DNA of 62,979 bases, filler included, from Octopus bimaculoides (GCF_001194135.2; 3 parts of 3 records of this genome joined end to end with filler, not necessarily neighbours in it), one strand, 5' to 3'. Shown: positions 1 to 12,675, counted from the whole stretch's first letter. Program-made: numbers and translations. The notes: generated by a model from the letters alone, not told the origin.

Positions 1-565
1 AATTAATGTACATTTAAACACAAAAGAGGTGAGCCTTAACAGGTCGCCTCACACACTAGAAGAAACATTATGTATGTATGTATTTATGTTTGTATGTTTG
101 TATGTATGTATGTAAGTATGTGTATATATACATACATATTTATGCGTGCACGTATATGTGCGTGTGTGTGTGTGCGTGCGCGCGCGTGGATGTGGGTGCA
201 TTTATGCATATCATCGCTTCACGCCCATAGCATTTACACAGTCTGAACGAATTTTTCTTCTTCGCCACCCTCAAAGAATTCTCTCATTAATACTACGTGT
301 CTTTCCGGTTTCTCCTCTCCCTCTCCCGACCCTGACACCTTCCTTCTGTCCCCTCATTCCCCTCTTTCCTTTGACCTCACTCTGTACCTCATATTCCTCC
401 CGTCGATCCTGCCATTCCTGCAACTCAAATGTCTGTGTCCTTCCATCTCCCCCCTCTCTCTCTCTCTCTCCCATTTCTCATTTTTTATCCTTCAATCATT
501 ATTTTAACATGGGTAGTCTTACATAAATATATTTTTCACTCACACATTCATTCATCTATCTATAT

Positions 566-1218
566 TCTCTTTTACTCTCTTTTACTTGTTTCAGTCATTT
601 GACTGCGGCCATGCTGGAGCACCGCCTTTAGTCGAGCAAATCGAACCCAGGACTTATTCTTTGGATGCCTAGTACTTATTCTATCGGTCTTTTTTGCCGA
701 ACCACTAAGTTACGGGGACCTAAACACACCACCATCGGTTGTCAAACGATGTTGGGCGGGGGGGAACAGACACAAACAAATACACACACATACACACACA
801 CACACACACATATATATNNNNNNNNNNNNNNNNNNNNNNNNNNNNNNNNNNNNNNNNNNNNNNNNNNNNNNNNNNNNNNNNNNNNNNNNNNNNNNNNNNN
901 NNNNNNNNNNNNNNNNNNNNNNNNNNNNNNNNNNNNNNNNNNNNNNNNNNNNNNNNNNNNNNNNNNNNNNNNNNNNNNNNNNNNNNNNNNNNNNNNNNNN
1001 NNNNNNNNNNNNNNNNNNNATATATATATATATAAACATATATACATATATACGACGGGCTTCTTTCAGTTTCCGTCTACCAAATCTACTCACAAGGCTT
1101 TGGTCGGCCCGAAGCTATAGTAGAAGACACTTGTCCAAGGTGCCACGCAGCAGGATTGAACCTGGAACCATGTGGTTGGTAAGCAAGCTACTTACCACAC
1201 AGCCAATTCTGCGCCTAT
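566..1218 (-). mobile_element. SINE family A copy (tRNA-derived head, internal CA/TA microsatellite, CTTTTA-repeat tail on + strand)
   Basis: The minus strand reads ATAGGCGCAG..TGGCTGTGTGG (A box) ..GGTTCAATCC (B box) then CCTTGGACAAGTGTCTTCTACTATAGC; the same sequence recurs more than 10 times in the window; an N gap lies inside the internal microsatellite. Confidence 0.9.
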
Positions 1219-1755
1219 ATTTATTTATATATCTATTTATTTATTTTATTTCATGGCATGGTGCAGTTCAATTATATTTTCTTGTGATTTATAACCTTTT
1301 AAGCCAATCCAGATTACATTTCTTATCAGTATCTACATAATATTCATTATAGCATTACATACGGCTATCATCTACAAGTGGAGGCATTAGTAGATTTGTC
1401 GACTACAGAATAAGATAGATGAGTTACCACCAATGCATCGCAGTTGATAGCCACCGTGACACATAGCCATCTCAGATTTACATGATAACTGATCAGTTCT
1501 GAGTAAATAGTCTGTTACTCTGTTTTTATCTGCATCTATGTCCCATGTGTATTTATATAGGCATCCGTGAAGCTGTGTGTACGCGTGTGGTCGGATCTGT
1601 GCGTATTATTGCATTTTGCATATATACATGTAAGTATTTTATACGCACGAATAAGTCATTGATATATATATATGTGTGTGTGTGTGTATATATATATATA
1701 TGTGTGTGTATGTATATATATATATATGATTATATATATGAGTGTGTGTATGTAC

Positions 1756-1807
<52 letters not shown>

Positions 1808-2614
1808 GCATATATTAACGTATATGCATATGGTTACGCATATTTGTGCGTCTGAATCATAATTATGCTGCTTGTATGTGTATACATGAACATATGAATA
1901 TATACACACGCCGTCGTTTATTAATACGTCTACTTCAAAATGATGAATTACGCGGTTGTATTTTTGCTCAAGCATAAATACATACACACATACACACACA
2001 AATACATACACACATACACACACAAATACATGCATACACACACATACATATATAAAGATACANNNNNNNNNNNNNNNNNNNNNNNNNNNNNNNNNNNNNN
2101 NNNNNNNNNNNNNNNNNNNNNNNNNNNNNNNNNNNNNNNNNNNNNNNNNNNNNNNNNNNNNNNNNNNNNNNNNNNNNNNNNNNNNNNNNNNNNNNNNNNN
2201 NNNNNNNNNNNNNNNNNNNNNNNNNNNNNNNNNNNNNNNNNNNNNNNNNNNNNNNNNNNNNNNNNNNNNNNNNNNNNNNNNNNNNNNNNNNNNNNNNNNN
2301 NNNNNNNNNNNNNNNNNNNNNNNNNNNNNNNNNNNNNNNNNNNNNNNNNNNNNNNNNNNNNNNNNNNNNNNNNNNNNNNNNNNNNNNNNNNNNNNNNNNN
2401 NNNNNNNNNNNNNNNNNNNNNNNNNNNNNNNNNNNNNNNNNNNNNNNNNNNNNNNNNNNNNNNNNNNNNNNNNNNNNNNNNNNNNNNNNNNNNNNNNNNN
2501 NNNNNNNNNNNNNNNNNNNNNNNNNNNNNNNNNNNNNNNNNNNATATATAGTATAAATTTTTGGTATGCACAAAAGCAGTTCAAACCGTACTAGGAAGCA
2601 AAAATCGAATTATA

Positions 2615-2830
2615 TTCTTTTCTACTCTAGGCACAAGGCCCGAAATTTTGGTGTCGGGGCCCATTCGGTTAGATTGACTCCAGTACGCAACTGGTACTTA
2701 ATTTATCGACACCGAAAGGATGAAAGGCAAAATTGACCTCGGTGGAATTTGAACTCAGAATGTAAATACAGACGAAATACCACTAAGCATTTCGCCCGGT
2801 GTGCTAACATTTCTATTAGCTCGCCGCCTT
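2615..2830 (-). mobile_element. SINE family B copy
   Basis: Reverse complement of head GGCGGCGAGCT..GTTAGCAC..GAGTTCAAATTCC (B box), body TTTCATCCTTTCGG..TCGATAAATTAAGTACC and tail CCTTGTGCCTAGAGTAGAAAAGAA; many copies in the window. Confidence 0.9.
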
Positions 2831-3181
2831 AATGATCGTAAGCAGTTCGGTGACTTGAAGACCTGATAGGCGTATCCCGTGACATAATACGCTTATGATT
2901 AATAAATTGCTTTGCTACTGAAACATATGACACAAAATGAGCTGCTATTGCCCATTCTCTTAATATCTGTACACATTTGCCTCATGCTACACGTAACTTT
3001 TGCAACTTCGAGGGAGGAGTGAAATAATTATCTTTCCAAAATTCTTTCAAATTGCAATATTATTAATTGATTACTTAACTATTCAATTTGTTAATTTTCC
3101 CATGGAGTATCTTACTAATCAATCAAATGCTGGAAGCTAGAGACATATTGACTACGATCGATGTTCCTCTAACCACCTTAT

Positions 3182-3476
3182 ACATCATGTGATCATGTGA
3201 TCGATCAGACTATCAGATACTGTTATACATCGCTGGTTACAGTGAGCTTCGTTTTAGCTTTGGAATGATGCCATCGCGCTGGCTAGGTGAGCAGGCCAAC
3301 ATCCCCCCCCCTCGATCGGAAAGCTACTCTGCCGCAGGATTAACCATTTACACCTAAGTGGACGGGCGCAACGTGAGATGAAGTGTTTTGCTCAAGAACA
3401 CAACGCCGTCTGGAAATGGTAACGTAGAGCTATCAATTGGGACTGCAATACTTTAACCTCTTGGCCATGCGCCTTC
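3182..3476 (-). mobile_element. SINE family C copy (diverged)
   Basis: Minus strand GAAGGCGCATGGCCAAGAGGTTAAAG head and GTTGTGTTCTTGAGCAAAACACTTCATCTCACGTTG body, resembling 22581-22680 and 44861-45200. Confidence 0.7.
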
Positions 3477-3840
3477 AACACCTTACGTGTGTGTGTGTGT
3501 GTGTTTGCGCGCGCGAGTGCGCGTGTGTCATTGTTCAGTTTATTTCAAGATTTCTTGCCAATAGAGAAAGAGTCAGTTTCTAACCTAGATCCAAGGCTTC
3601 TTCATTGGATTTTCAACATCAACAACAGGATATTATTGCTTGTTTGTATGTATGTATGTATGTATGTATGTATGTATGCATGTATGTATGTATGTATGTA
3701 TGTATGCATATTTGCAGATTTGTATGTTTTCTTTTATATATGTTTTCCCATGCATATAGCTACATATCTAGACATGCTCATATATTTTTTAAAGGATAAA
3801 CTTCTGGAAAGTTCTAGATTTTTACAGTCCCAGTGATGGA

Positions 3841-3954
3841 TTGGATCTGTAGTCTTCGAATAAGTTTTCTCCTTTTTGGTTTTGAGAAGCCTAATTTCTC
3901 AAGATAGGTATTTAGGCAGTGTGTTAAATATCCCAGGGCCCCAATAATTAGAGG
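3841..3954. repeat. Dispersed repeat, copy 1 of 2
   Basis: GTAGTCTTCGAAT..GGTTTTGAGAAGCCTAATTTCTCAAGA..GTATTTAGGCAGTGTGTTA.ATATCCCAGGGCCC also occurs at 55903-56016. Confidence 0.8.
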
Positions 3955-3994
3955 CTATGTATGTATGTATGTATGTATGTATATATGTATATAT

Positions 3995-4543
3995 AAGAAC
4001 GGTATAATGACTACTATGAAGTCACTTGGAATGGATCCAGAAGATATAGAAACCCTTGCTTCGGATCCAGTTGGATGGCGAACAAAGGTGTAAAGTGGAA
4101 TAAAAGCATTTGAAGAGGCCAGGATAATGAAAGTAAGACTCAAAAGAGTTCTAAGGAACAATGTAACGATCGAGAAGGTGAATGACCTTTTTGTGTGCAC
4201 AGTCTGTGACAGACCATGCCTGTCTTTGGCTGGCCTCAAATCTCATCTGCGAACGCACGGAAAACGAACTTCCAACAACTATTCTGACGATATGTATGTG
4301 CACAACTTTGAATGCAGTGTATGCCAGAAGGTTTGCAAATCCAACGGAGGCCTCAAAAGACATGTTAAGATCCACAAATAGCAGAACTTATTTGCAGGTA
4401 TTGGTGGTCCAAATCAGAGGTGCAATCTATGTGGATGCCTTTTCAGAACATTGTCTGGTTTAAAAAGCCACATCAGACGCCATGATGGTGCTAAGTTGTT
4501 GGTACAGGAGGTGGTCAAACACTGTATAAGGAGTAGACAGCCA

Positions 4544-4546
<3 letters not shown>
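3995..4546 (+). pseudogene. 5'-truncated RTE-type LINE ORF C-terminus carrying three C2H2 zinc fingers, with two in-frame stops
   Basis: One frame reads KNGIMTTMKSLGMDPEDIETLASDPVGWRTKV*SGIKAFEEARIMKVRLKR, matching the RTE RT tail pattern (ETLA.DR..WR..V..G...FE..R). It then gives CTVC-X12-HLRTH (4196-4258), CSVC-X12-HVKIH (4313-4375), a TAG at 4379, and CNLC-X12-HIRRH (4421-4483). Flanked by (TATG)n/(TA)n on the left and (TA)n on the right. Confidence 0.8.
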
Positions 4547-4585
<39 letters not shown>

Positions 4586-4762
4586 TGAGAGACACAAAGG
4601 GAGAGAGAAAGAGATGCATATGAACAGAAGAATATACCCTAGGTTATCTAAACGGTATATTTAAATCATTCACGGTAGACAATATCTCAACCGTTAACCA
4701 GCGCTAAGTTTTGCATCCAAATGAATTAATAAAGCACGAAATGAATTTCAAATGCACTACAG

Positions 4763-4801
4763 GGAGAAAATATGCAATACATACTATGACGTGCCAGCGA
4801 G
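4763..4801 (+). CDS. Candidate internal or first exon of an unidentified gene
   Basis: Consensus donor GAG|GTAAGT at 4802; weak acceptor CACTACAG; open frames EKICNTYYDVPA or RKYAIHTMTCQR, both of which stay open when spliced to 14889. Confidence 0.25.
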
Positions 4802-5390
4802 GTAAGTTTTGGAATATAACCTTATAGTGTATTTTATGACAATTCATTTCGACAGCCATACTTGCATTAAAAATTTTTACTCGTTTAATCATAGTGTGTC
4901 AGTTGACACGCACAAAAGGGCAGAATAGTTTGATATCAATGACAAGCAATTACTGTCTTGGAGAAGTAGAGAATAATACCATCAGAGTATTTTACTAAAC
5001 TACCCTATGGTAAATGGTAATCTAAATAAGATATTTAGTCATTAATAGTGTACAATGAATCAATATATACCTTGTATCTTGATTTCATGCAGAGTATACT
5101 ATTGTGTCATTGTATTTTTGTCTGTGTATATATATGTGTATATGTATATACTCATTTTCTATGTATACATCGCCTATGAGTATATATAATGTATATATTT
5201 ACATACATATAATATCTGTATGCATACATATATTCACAAATGTTTATAAACATATAGTATATATTGAACATACATGTATTTTGTGTATATATATTTATAT
5301 GCATGTATATGCGCGTATTATGAAAGAATATATTCATATTTATATATTTATATTATATTTTTTATGTGTATGTGTGTGTGTGTATATATA

Positions 5391-5435
<45 letters not shown>

Positions 5436-7745
5436 NNNNNNNNNNNNNNNNNNNNNNNNNNNNNNNNNNNNNNNNNNNNNNNNNNNNNNNNNTCTGGGAC
5501 AAAATAATCTCATTAGTTGACCATATAGTCGTATTCAAATAAATGGCTGGCTTAATTGTGTTTTTACCGGTTTCAGAACAGAAGAAATTATAACAAAGAG
5601 GAAAGAGAGATTAAGAGAATTAGCAAATATGTAAATATGCGAATATATAAATATGCAAACTGACAATAAATAAAGATTTTATTTGATAATAAAAAGATAG
5701 GGGGATGCGTATAAATAAGCGAGCATAATATGTATTGAATATACGAAAGTATAGAGAAATAAAGGAGATATAACAAAATGAACAAAATTTAAAGAAATAT
5801 ATCGAGCATAAAAGGAAGAAAATAGGATTTTAAATGTTTTTTAAGATACGAGATGAAAAATCCACGTGTTTAAGTTAATCTAAACTGCACAAAAGATAAA
5901 TCTAAGCAAACGAAGATTGCGTCAAAAAATGGCAGCGAAGGAGGAAAATAGAAATTGTGAAAAAAACAAAACAAAAAGCAGTCTTCTGCATTAGGACTAT
6001 TTAACAAGCTTATCTATGGTCCTATTGTGATTAGAATAAAAGGAATATTATTTCTATTCTTTTATGGAATAATAGTGTGTCTGTAATAAAACGGTTTAGT
6101 AGTATAAGCGATATGCAACAGCGTAAATTTACTCGGTTCGATATTATTGATTTCTATCTTTTGATATAACTAAACCGCTGCTTCTCAAAGCTTTAGTCTT
6201 CACCAACATCAGCGTTACCAATCAGCGAATCTGATACGAAAATAATTATGCATGCAAGAAAATCACTTTATGTTCTTAAATATTCATCCTGGGCCATAAC
6301 AAAAACAGAGTGAAATTGTTTGATGATCCAAAAATAGTATGCAGTGGCGCAAATTTGTACGAAATTATCAGAGTTTATATCTTAGAGTGATTGCACATAA
6401 AAATGTCTCATCTAATGAGATGTTTACAGAAATTACGGCTTCTCACACTTGCAAATATGAGCATTCATGATTTCATTTACTGGGTCTGTAGAAATAATTT
6501 CCCTCGGAGACCGGTGAAACTGCTGCTTTTCAACATGCCGCTTAAATTGCTATTAGTTCGTACCTGCAGCAAAAGTCGTGAGCAGGGTTAGAATTCTAGA
6601 AAAGAGCTGTTGTTAGGTAGAGAGAGATGTTGTAATATTTAGCGTGGGACTTAGTGGAGTTGAACGCAGCATGGATGATGAGCAGACGATACACGTGTGT
6701 GTCGGAAGTGACTGACGAGAAATAACACAAACCAGCCTGCTCCAGAAATATAGTGGCCGTTAAGTTATCTCTACAAAAAGTATAAAGAGGAGACAGTACG
6801 CCTTTTTACCAAAGACTTGATAGTGTCTATGATGAGTAATTTTATTTCACTTAATTTAATAGTCTCTCTCTGGATGCGGTCTAAACTCCGCAATAACCGC
6901 ATTTTCATATAAAATTCAAAATACTAATTCTTGCAATGTCAAAAAGCGTATGGGTAAACCGAGAAATATTTCTGGTATAACACAGCCTTTATTTTAAATG
7001 CAGAACAACACATTTCCGAAGTATTTCAAATTTAATTTCGGTCCATTTTCTGACGAATCCCAAAGGCCATGATATTTTTAGTTGAAGCATTTAATTAAGC
7101 ATTTCATTTCAAAATAGTTCTACAAAACCAACAATTTTGTCTGTTTCTCAGCATAGAATTGCATTGATTTACATAATTATCATCTCCATGGCAAATGCCT
7201 TTTGAAAGTATTTATTTATTGCACTAAGGTACGTCTAGACAATAACACTACATTTAAGTCTTACACTGGATTAACCAAAAAACAGTTTCAAGTCACGATT
7301 TTAACGTCATATCTATTCTTTCAAATATTCAGACAAAGGACACTCAACGTTTAAAATTAGATTAATTTCAAACAAATTGCTCCGTATACACAAGGATTCT
7401 TCCGTTTTAACTTACGTTGAAAGCTGCGTTTCAGGGAGGTTTTTTTCTATTCATTTCAAGACTCACAGGTGTTATGCAAAAGACCCTTCTACATACCTTG
7501 TAATTATCTATTCCAAAGAGGTGGATATGTGATATCTTCCTCGAATTTACGGAACTTTCGAAGCCATTCTTGGCCACCATTTTAGTTTCCTTATATAGAA
7601 AATCTCAAATATTTCACATAGTGTCCCCTAGATAATACTTACAGTGGTTACGAGTTCAAATTTTAAATTGAGGAACAAGGAAAAAGCTGCATGGAATACA
7701 CATAATTAACAGTTTGTTTTTTTTTGCTTACTCATTACAATGATC

Positions 7746-8117
7746 ATAGGAGTGGCTGTGTGGTAAGTAACTTGCTTACCAACCACATGGTTCCGGGTTC
7801 AGTCCCACTGCGTGGCACCACGGGCAAGTGTCTTCTACTATAGCTTCGGGCCGACCAAAGCCTTGTGAGTGAATTTGGTAGACGGAAACTGAAAGAAGCC
7901 TGTCGTATAGATATATATGTATGTATATGTTTGTGTGTCTGTGTTTGTCCTCCCAACATCGCTTGACAACCGATGTTGGTGTGTTTACGTCGCCATAACT
8001 TAATGGTTCGGCAAGAGAGATCGATAGAATAAGGCTTACAAAGAATGAGTCCTGGGGTCGATTTGCTCGACTAAAAGTGGTGCTTCAGCATGGCCGCAGT
8101 CAAATGACTGAAACAAA
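7746..8117 (+). mobile_element. SINE family A copy
   Basis: AGGAGTGGCTGTGTGGTAAG..GGTTCAGTCCC head through the CAGCATGGCCGCAGTCAAATGACTGAAACA tail. Confidence 0.9.
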
Positions 8118-8794
8118 ATTTTTAAAAATAATATAAAATAAAAAAAAAGCTTACAAGTAATCATGTAACGCCATTTCATTCTTATTCGAAAGCATCAGTA
8201 TGACATAACCAAAAGTAAATAACTTAAACTAAATTAAACATTACACAAAGTGCAGCATTTCTCATACATGAAAAATAATCATAGTTCGGAAGACATTCAT
8301 GGAATATGTTTTCCTTTTTCCTTCTTTTTCTTCAATATTAGTAGTTCAACATTTATTTCCTTTAAAGCGTTAGATTATCTTAGCTACAAACACGCACACG
8401 CACACGAACGCGCTTTCACACATAATCAATCCCACACGCATAAGCACACATGCGCGTTTTCTTTCTCATTGCGTTTTAAATATTTTCCACCCCTTTTCCT
8501 TGCCATTCTTCTATTGTGTTTTATTCTTTCATTCTTTTAATTCCATGCTTCCTTTCTTCTGTAGCATTTGCTTTATCCATTCATTTACACTCCTATATTC
8601 ATACTTAGCTTTCAGCTCGCTCATTCATATGCAACGAATGTAACTTTTACGTATTTTTTTAATATTTATGTTTAATAAAAAATATTATATAGATTCATAT
8701 TTCATAATCGTCCAAAGTGGGAAGAACGGAAAAGAAAACTCTGAATAACTGAGGTGGTTTGTGACTTTTCATACTTCAGTAAGATATAACATTA

Positions 8795-9020
8795 CTCTTT
8801 TACTCTTTTCCTCTTTTACTTGTTTCAGTCATTTGACTGTGGCCATGCTGGAGCACAGCCTTTTGTCGAGCAAATCGACCCCAGGACTTATTCTTTGTAA
8901 GCCTAGTACTTATTCCATCGGACAATCTTTTGCCGAACCGCTAAGTTACGGGGACGTAAACACACCAGCATCGGTTGTCAAGCGATGTTGGGGAGACAAA
9001 CACAGATACACAAACATATT

Positions 9021-9054
<34 letters not shown>

Positions 9055-10032
9055 GACACGATTGTGTGTATATGTGTGTGTGTGATGTTTTGTATGTGTG
9101 TGTATATATGTATATATATGTATATATGTATATATATGTATATATGTATATATATGTATATATGCATATATGTGTGTATGTATGTATATATGTGTGTATG
9201 GTGGTTTGTATGTGTATNNNNNNNNNNNNNNNNNNNNNNNNNNNNNNNNNNNNNNNNNNNNNNNNNNNNNNNNNNNNNNNNNNNNNNNNNNNNNNNNNNN
9301 NNNNNNNNNNNNNNNNNNNNNNNNNNNNNNNNNNNNNNNNNNNNNNNNNNNNNNNNNNNNNNNNNNNNNNNNNNNNNNNNNNNNNNNNNNNNNNNNNNNN
9401 NNNNNNNNNNNNNNNNNNNNNNNNNNNNNNNNNNNNNNNNNNNNNNNNNNNNNNNNNNNNNNNNNNNNNNNNNNNNNNNNNNNNNNNNNNNNNNNNNNNN
9501 NNNNNNNNNNNNNNNNNNNNNNNNNNNNNNNNNNNNNNNNNNNNNNNNNNNNNNNNNNNNNNNNNNNNNNNNNNNNNNNNNNNNNNNNNNNNNNNNNNNN
9601 NNNNNNNNNNNNNNNNNNNNNNNNNNNNNNNNNNNNNNNNNNNNNNNNNNNNNNNNNNNNNNNNNNNNNNNNNNNNNNNNNNNNNNNNNNNNNNNNNNNN
9701 NNNNNNNNNNNNNNNNNNNNNNNNNNNNNNNNNNNNNNNNNNNNNNNNNNNNNNNNNNNNNNNNNNNNNNNNNNNNNNNNNNNNNNNNNNNNNNNNNNNN
9801 NNNNNNNNNNNNNNNNNNNNNNNNNNNNNNNNNNNNNNNNNNNNNNNNNNCATATATACATATATACGATGTGCTTCTTTCAGTTTTCGTCTACCAAATC
9901 CACTCACAAGGCTTTGGTCGGCCCGAGGCTATAGTAGAAGACACTTGCCCAAGGTGCCACGCAGTGGGACTGAACACGGAACCATGTGATTCGTAAGCAA
10001 GCTACTTACCACACAGCCGCTCCTACGCCTAT
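8795..10032 (-). mobile_element. SINE family A copy with expanded internal microsatellite and gap
   Basis: Tail half at 8795-9010, head half at 9865-10032, microsatellite and N gap between them. Confidence 0.88.
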
Positions 10033-10466
10033 TCAACGTATTAAATGTCTAGTTCACATTTCATTGTGTGAAGGTGAGCACGCGCACGTGCGTGTGTGTA
10101 TGGTGTGTGTGGTGTGTACACATATATACCGCTTATCTTTTACTTGTTTCAGTCATTAAGTTTCGGCCTTGCTTGTCCGCCACTTTGAAGAATTTTAGTT
10201 AAACAAATCAAGCCCAGTACTTATAGTTTTTTTTAAACCTGGTACTTGTTCTATCGGTCTCTCCTGTTGAACCGTTCAGTTACAAACTCGTAAACACAGC
10301 AACATACGTTATCATATTGGTGGCGGGGGAAATCAAAGCCACAAACTTATTATAGTCTAGAATATGTATACACACACATATATAGATATATAGTTACATA
10401 TCCTTGGATCTTACATTTATATATGCATATTATAGTAAACGTATATATATCACCATGATTGATCGC

Positions 10467-10636
10467 TAACCACAACACACATTCTTTTCTCTCCTTGTTC
10501 CTTTCTGCGTTCCTTTTTGTGGAAGAGCGTAGGCTCGAAACGTTAAAGACTTTTCAATTCCCGAGCTTTATACTAACACATCTATTTGTTTCCTACACCA
10601 CCTGTCTTCGTCTGTTGTTGTTTTTTTTGCGAATTC
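10467..10636 (+). mobile_element. Penelope-like terminal repeat fragment with hammerhead-like GAAGA-GC..GC-TC-GAAAC motif
   Basis: GGAAGAGCGTAGGCTCGAAACGTT motif; the 3' part ACACCACCTGTCTTCGTCTGTTGTT recurs at 31890-31935; both are followed by (TA)n. Confidence 0.5.
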
Positions 10637-10640
10637 TCCC

Positions 10641-10717
<77 letters not shown>

Positions 10718-10768
10718 TTATTTATTCATGTAAGTATATGTGTGTATGTATGTATGTATTATGTATGA

Positions 10769-10801
<33 letters not shown>

Positions 10802-11000
10802 CGCATGTATGCATGCATGTCTGTATGGAAACATGTTTGAATAAGGCCAACAAATATTTTTAATATTCTAATATATGAATTTTGTTGCTTAGGAAAATGT
10901 GCTTTATCTTTAGGATAACACACACACACACGCATATGCATACATGTGTGTGTTTGTATGTGTGCGTATATATATAAATATACACATATATATATATATG

Positions 11001-11038
<38 letters not shown>

Positions 11039-11939
11039 GACACTAACAGGCAAAACAAATAGTGTAGCATTTTATGCGGATTTATATTGTTATTGTTTTG
11101 TTGGTTTGTTTGTTTGTTTTTTATAATTTGCTTCTATGCTTTACCTTTCGTGTAAAATGAGAAACCTGCAAAATTTGTATTTAGATAACAAAATATATTT
11201 TCTTCTATTTTAAAAGCTATTAACCATACCTATAAATTTATAATGCTTTTAAGGTGGAGTAATGGTTTTCTTTTGAGGTTTCGCACAGCTATATAAATGA
11301 GTTGTTTTAATTGATAGAGTTTACGAGTCTATGGAGTTGAATGAATAGAAATATTTCGCGGCAAATATAGTTCGCTATATATATAAAGCCTACAGCAAAA
11401 TATAATTCTGTAACAGAACAAACAAAATGTCGTTATATGTCATCCTTTAATATCGCTTTCGTACTTTTTACTCATTGGGAACACCCATTCTATCCATACA
11501 ACGAAACGAGAGAACCTGTACACGGTAATCAACATGCTAGAAATAGCAGCCAATTTTTAAGACAAAGTAATCCAATATTCTGATTGTTTTAACTCATTGA
11601 TCGCCATGGGCTCCATTTTGGGGATCTGCTAAAGACAGTCTCACTGCCGGTTGTTCGTTGTATTTAAAGTGAATTGCTTATGTACATTGCATTTGCAATA
11701 TTTAGTAATAGTTTATCATTATTAGCTCTGGTTAAGTACCAGTTGCGCACTGCGGTCGATCTCATCGCCAGCCAAAAAAAAAAAAATCAGGCTTTGTGCC
11801 TAGAGTAGAATATATTATTATGTCTGATTGATTCTATAGGACATTTTATGACATAAATCGCAATTTTTGAACTACAAAAATACTGACTGTTTTGAAAACG
11901 TTTTTTTTTTTTTTTTTCATTGGCATTTCTCATCTATAA

Positions 11940-12135
11940 CCTTTTCTACTCTAGGTACATGGCCCGAAATTTTGGGGGAGGAGGACAGTCCATAAGATCG
12001 ACTCCAGTAAGTAATTAGTATTTAATTTATCGACCCCAAAAGGGAAAGTCGACCTCGGCGGAATATTGAACTCAAATGAAACACCGCTAACCATTTCAAC
12101 CGGCGTGCTAACGTTTCTGCCAACTCATCGCCTTA
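11940..12135 (-). mobile_element. SINE family B copy
   Basis: TTTTCTACTCTAGG.AC..GGCCCGAAATTTT..GTCGACCTCGGCGGAAT..CGGCGTGCTAACG on the + strand is the reverse complement of family B. Confidence 0.85.
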
Positions 12136-12290
12136 TTCCAATGTGTATCATTCATTGATATTTCTTACACATTTGCATCTGATACTATAGTTTCAAAAAG
12201 AATAAAATGTTTATTATTGCAATTGAATAGAAAAGGATAAATATGCTTTTTTTCAGCGATCCCCATTTGGGACTTTTCGAACGATCATAT

Positions 12291-12675
12291 AGGCGCAGGA
12301 GTGACTGTGTGGTAAGTAGCTTGCTTACCAACCACATGGTTCCATGTTCAATCCCCCTGCGTGGCACTTTGAGCAAGTGTTTTCTACTATAGTCTCGAGC
12401 CGACCAAAGCCTTGTGAGTGGAATTGGTAGACGGAAACTGAAAGAAGCCCGTCGTGTATGTATCTGTGTGTGTTTGTACCCTCCCAACATCGTTTGACAA
12501 TTGATGTTGGTGCATTTACGTCCACGTAACTTATCGGTTCGGCAAAAGAGAATCCGATAGAATAAGTACTAGGATTACAAAGAATAACTCCTGGGGGCGA
12601 TTTGCTCAACTAAAGGCGGTGCTCCAGCATGGTCGCAGTCAATTGACCGAAACAAATAAAAGAGTAAAAAAGAGT
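12291..12675 (+). mobile_element. SINE family A copy
   Basis: AGGCGCAGGAGTGACTGTGTGGTAAG head to GACCGAAACAAATAAAAGAGTAAAA tail. Confidence 0.9.

Noticed and set aside
4127-4381. Stand-alone host C2H2 transcription factor gene
   Set aside because: In frame with an upstream RT-tail sequence, has two stops, lacks TGEKP linkers, and is bounded by microsatellites.
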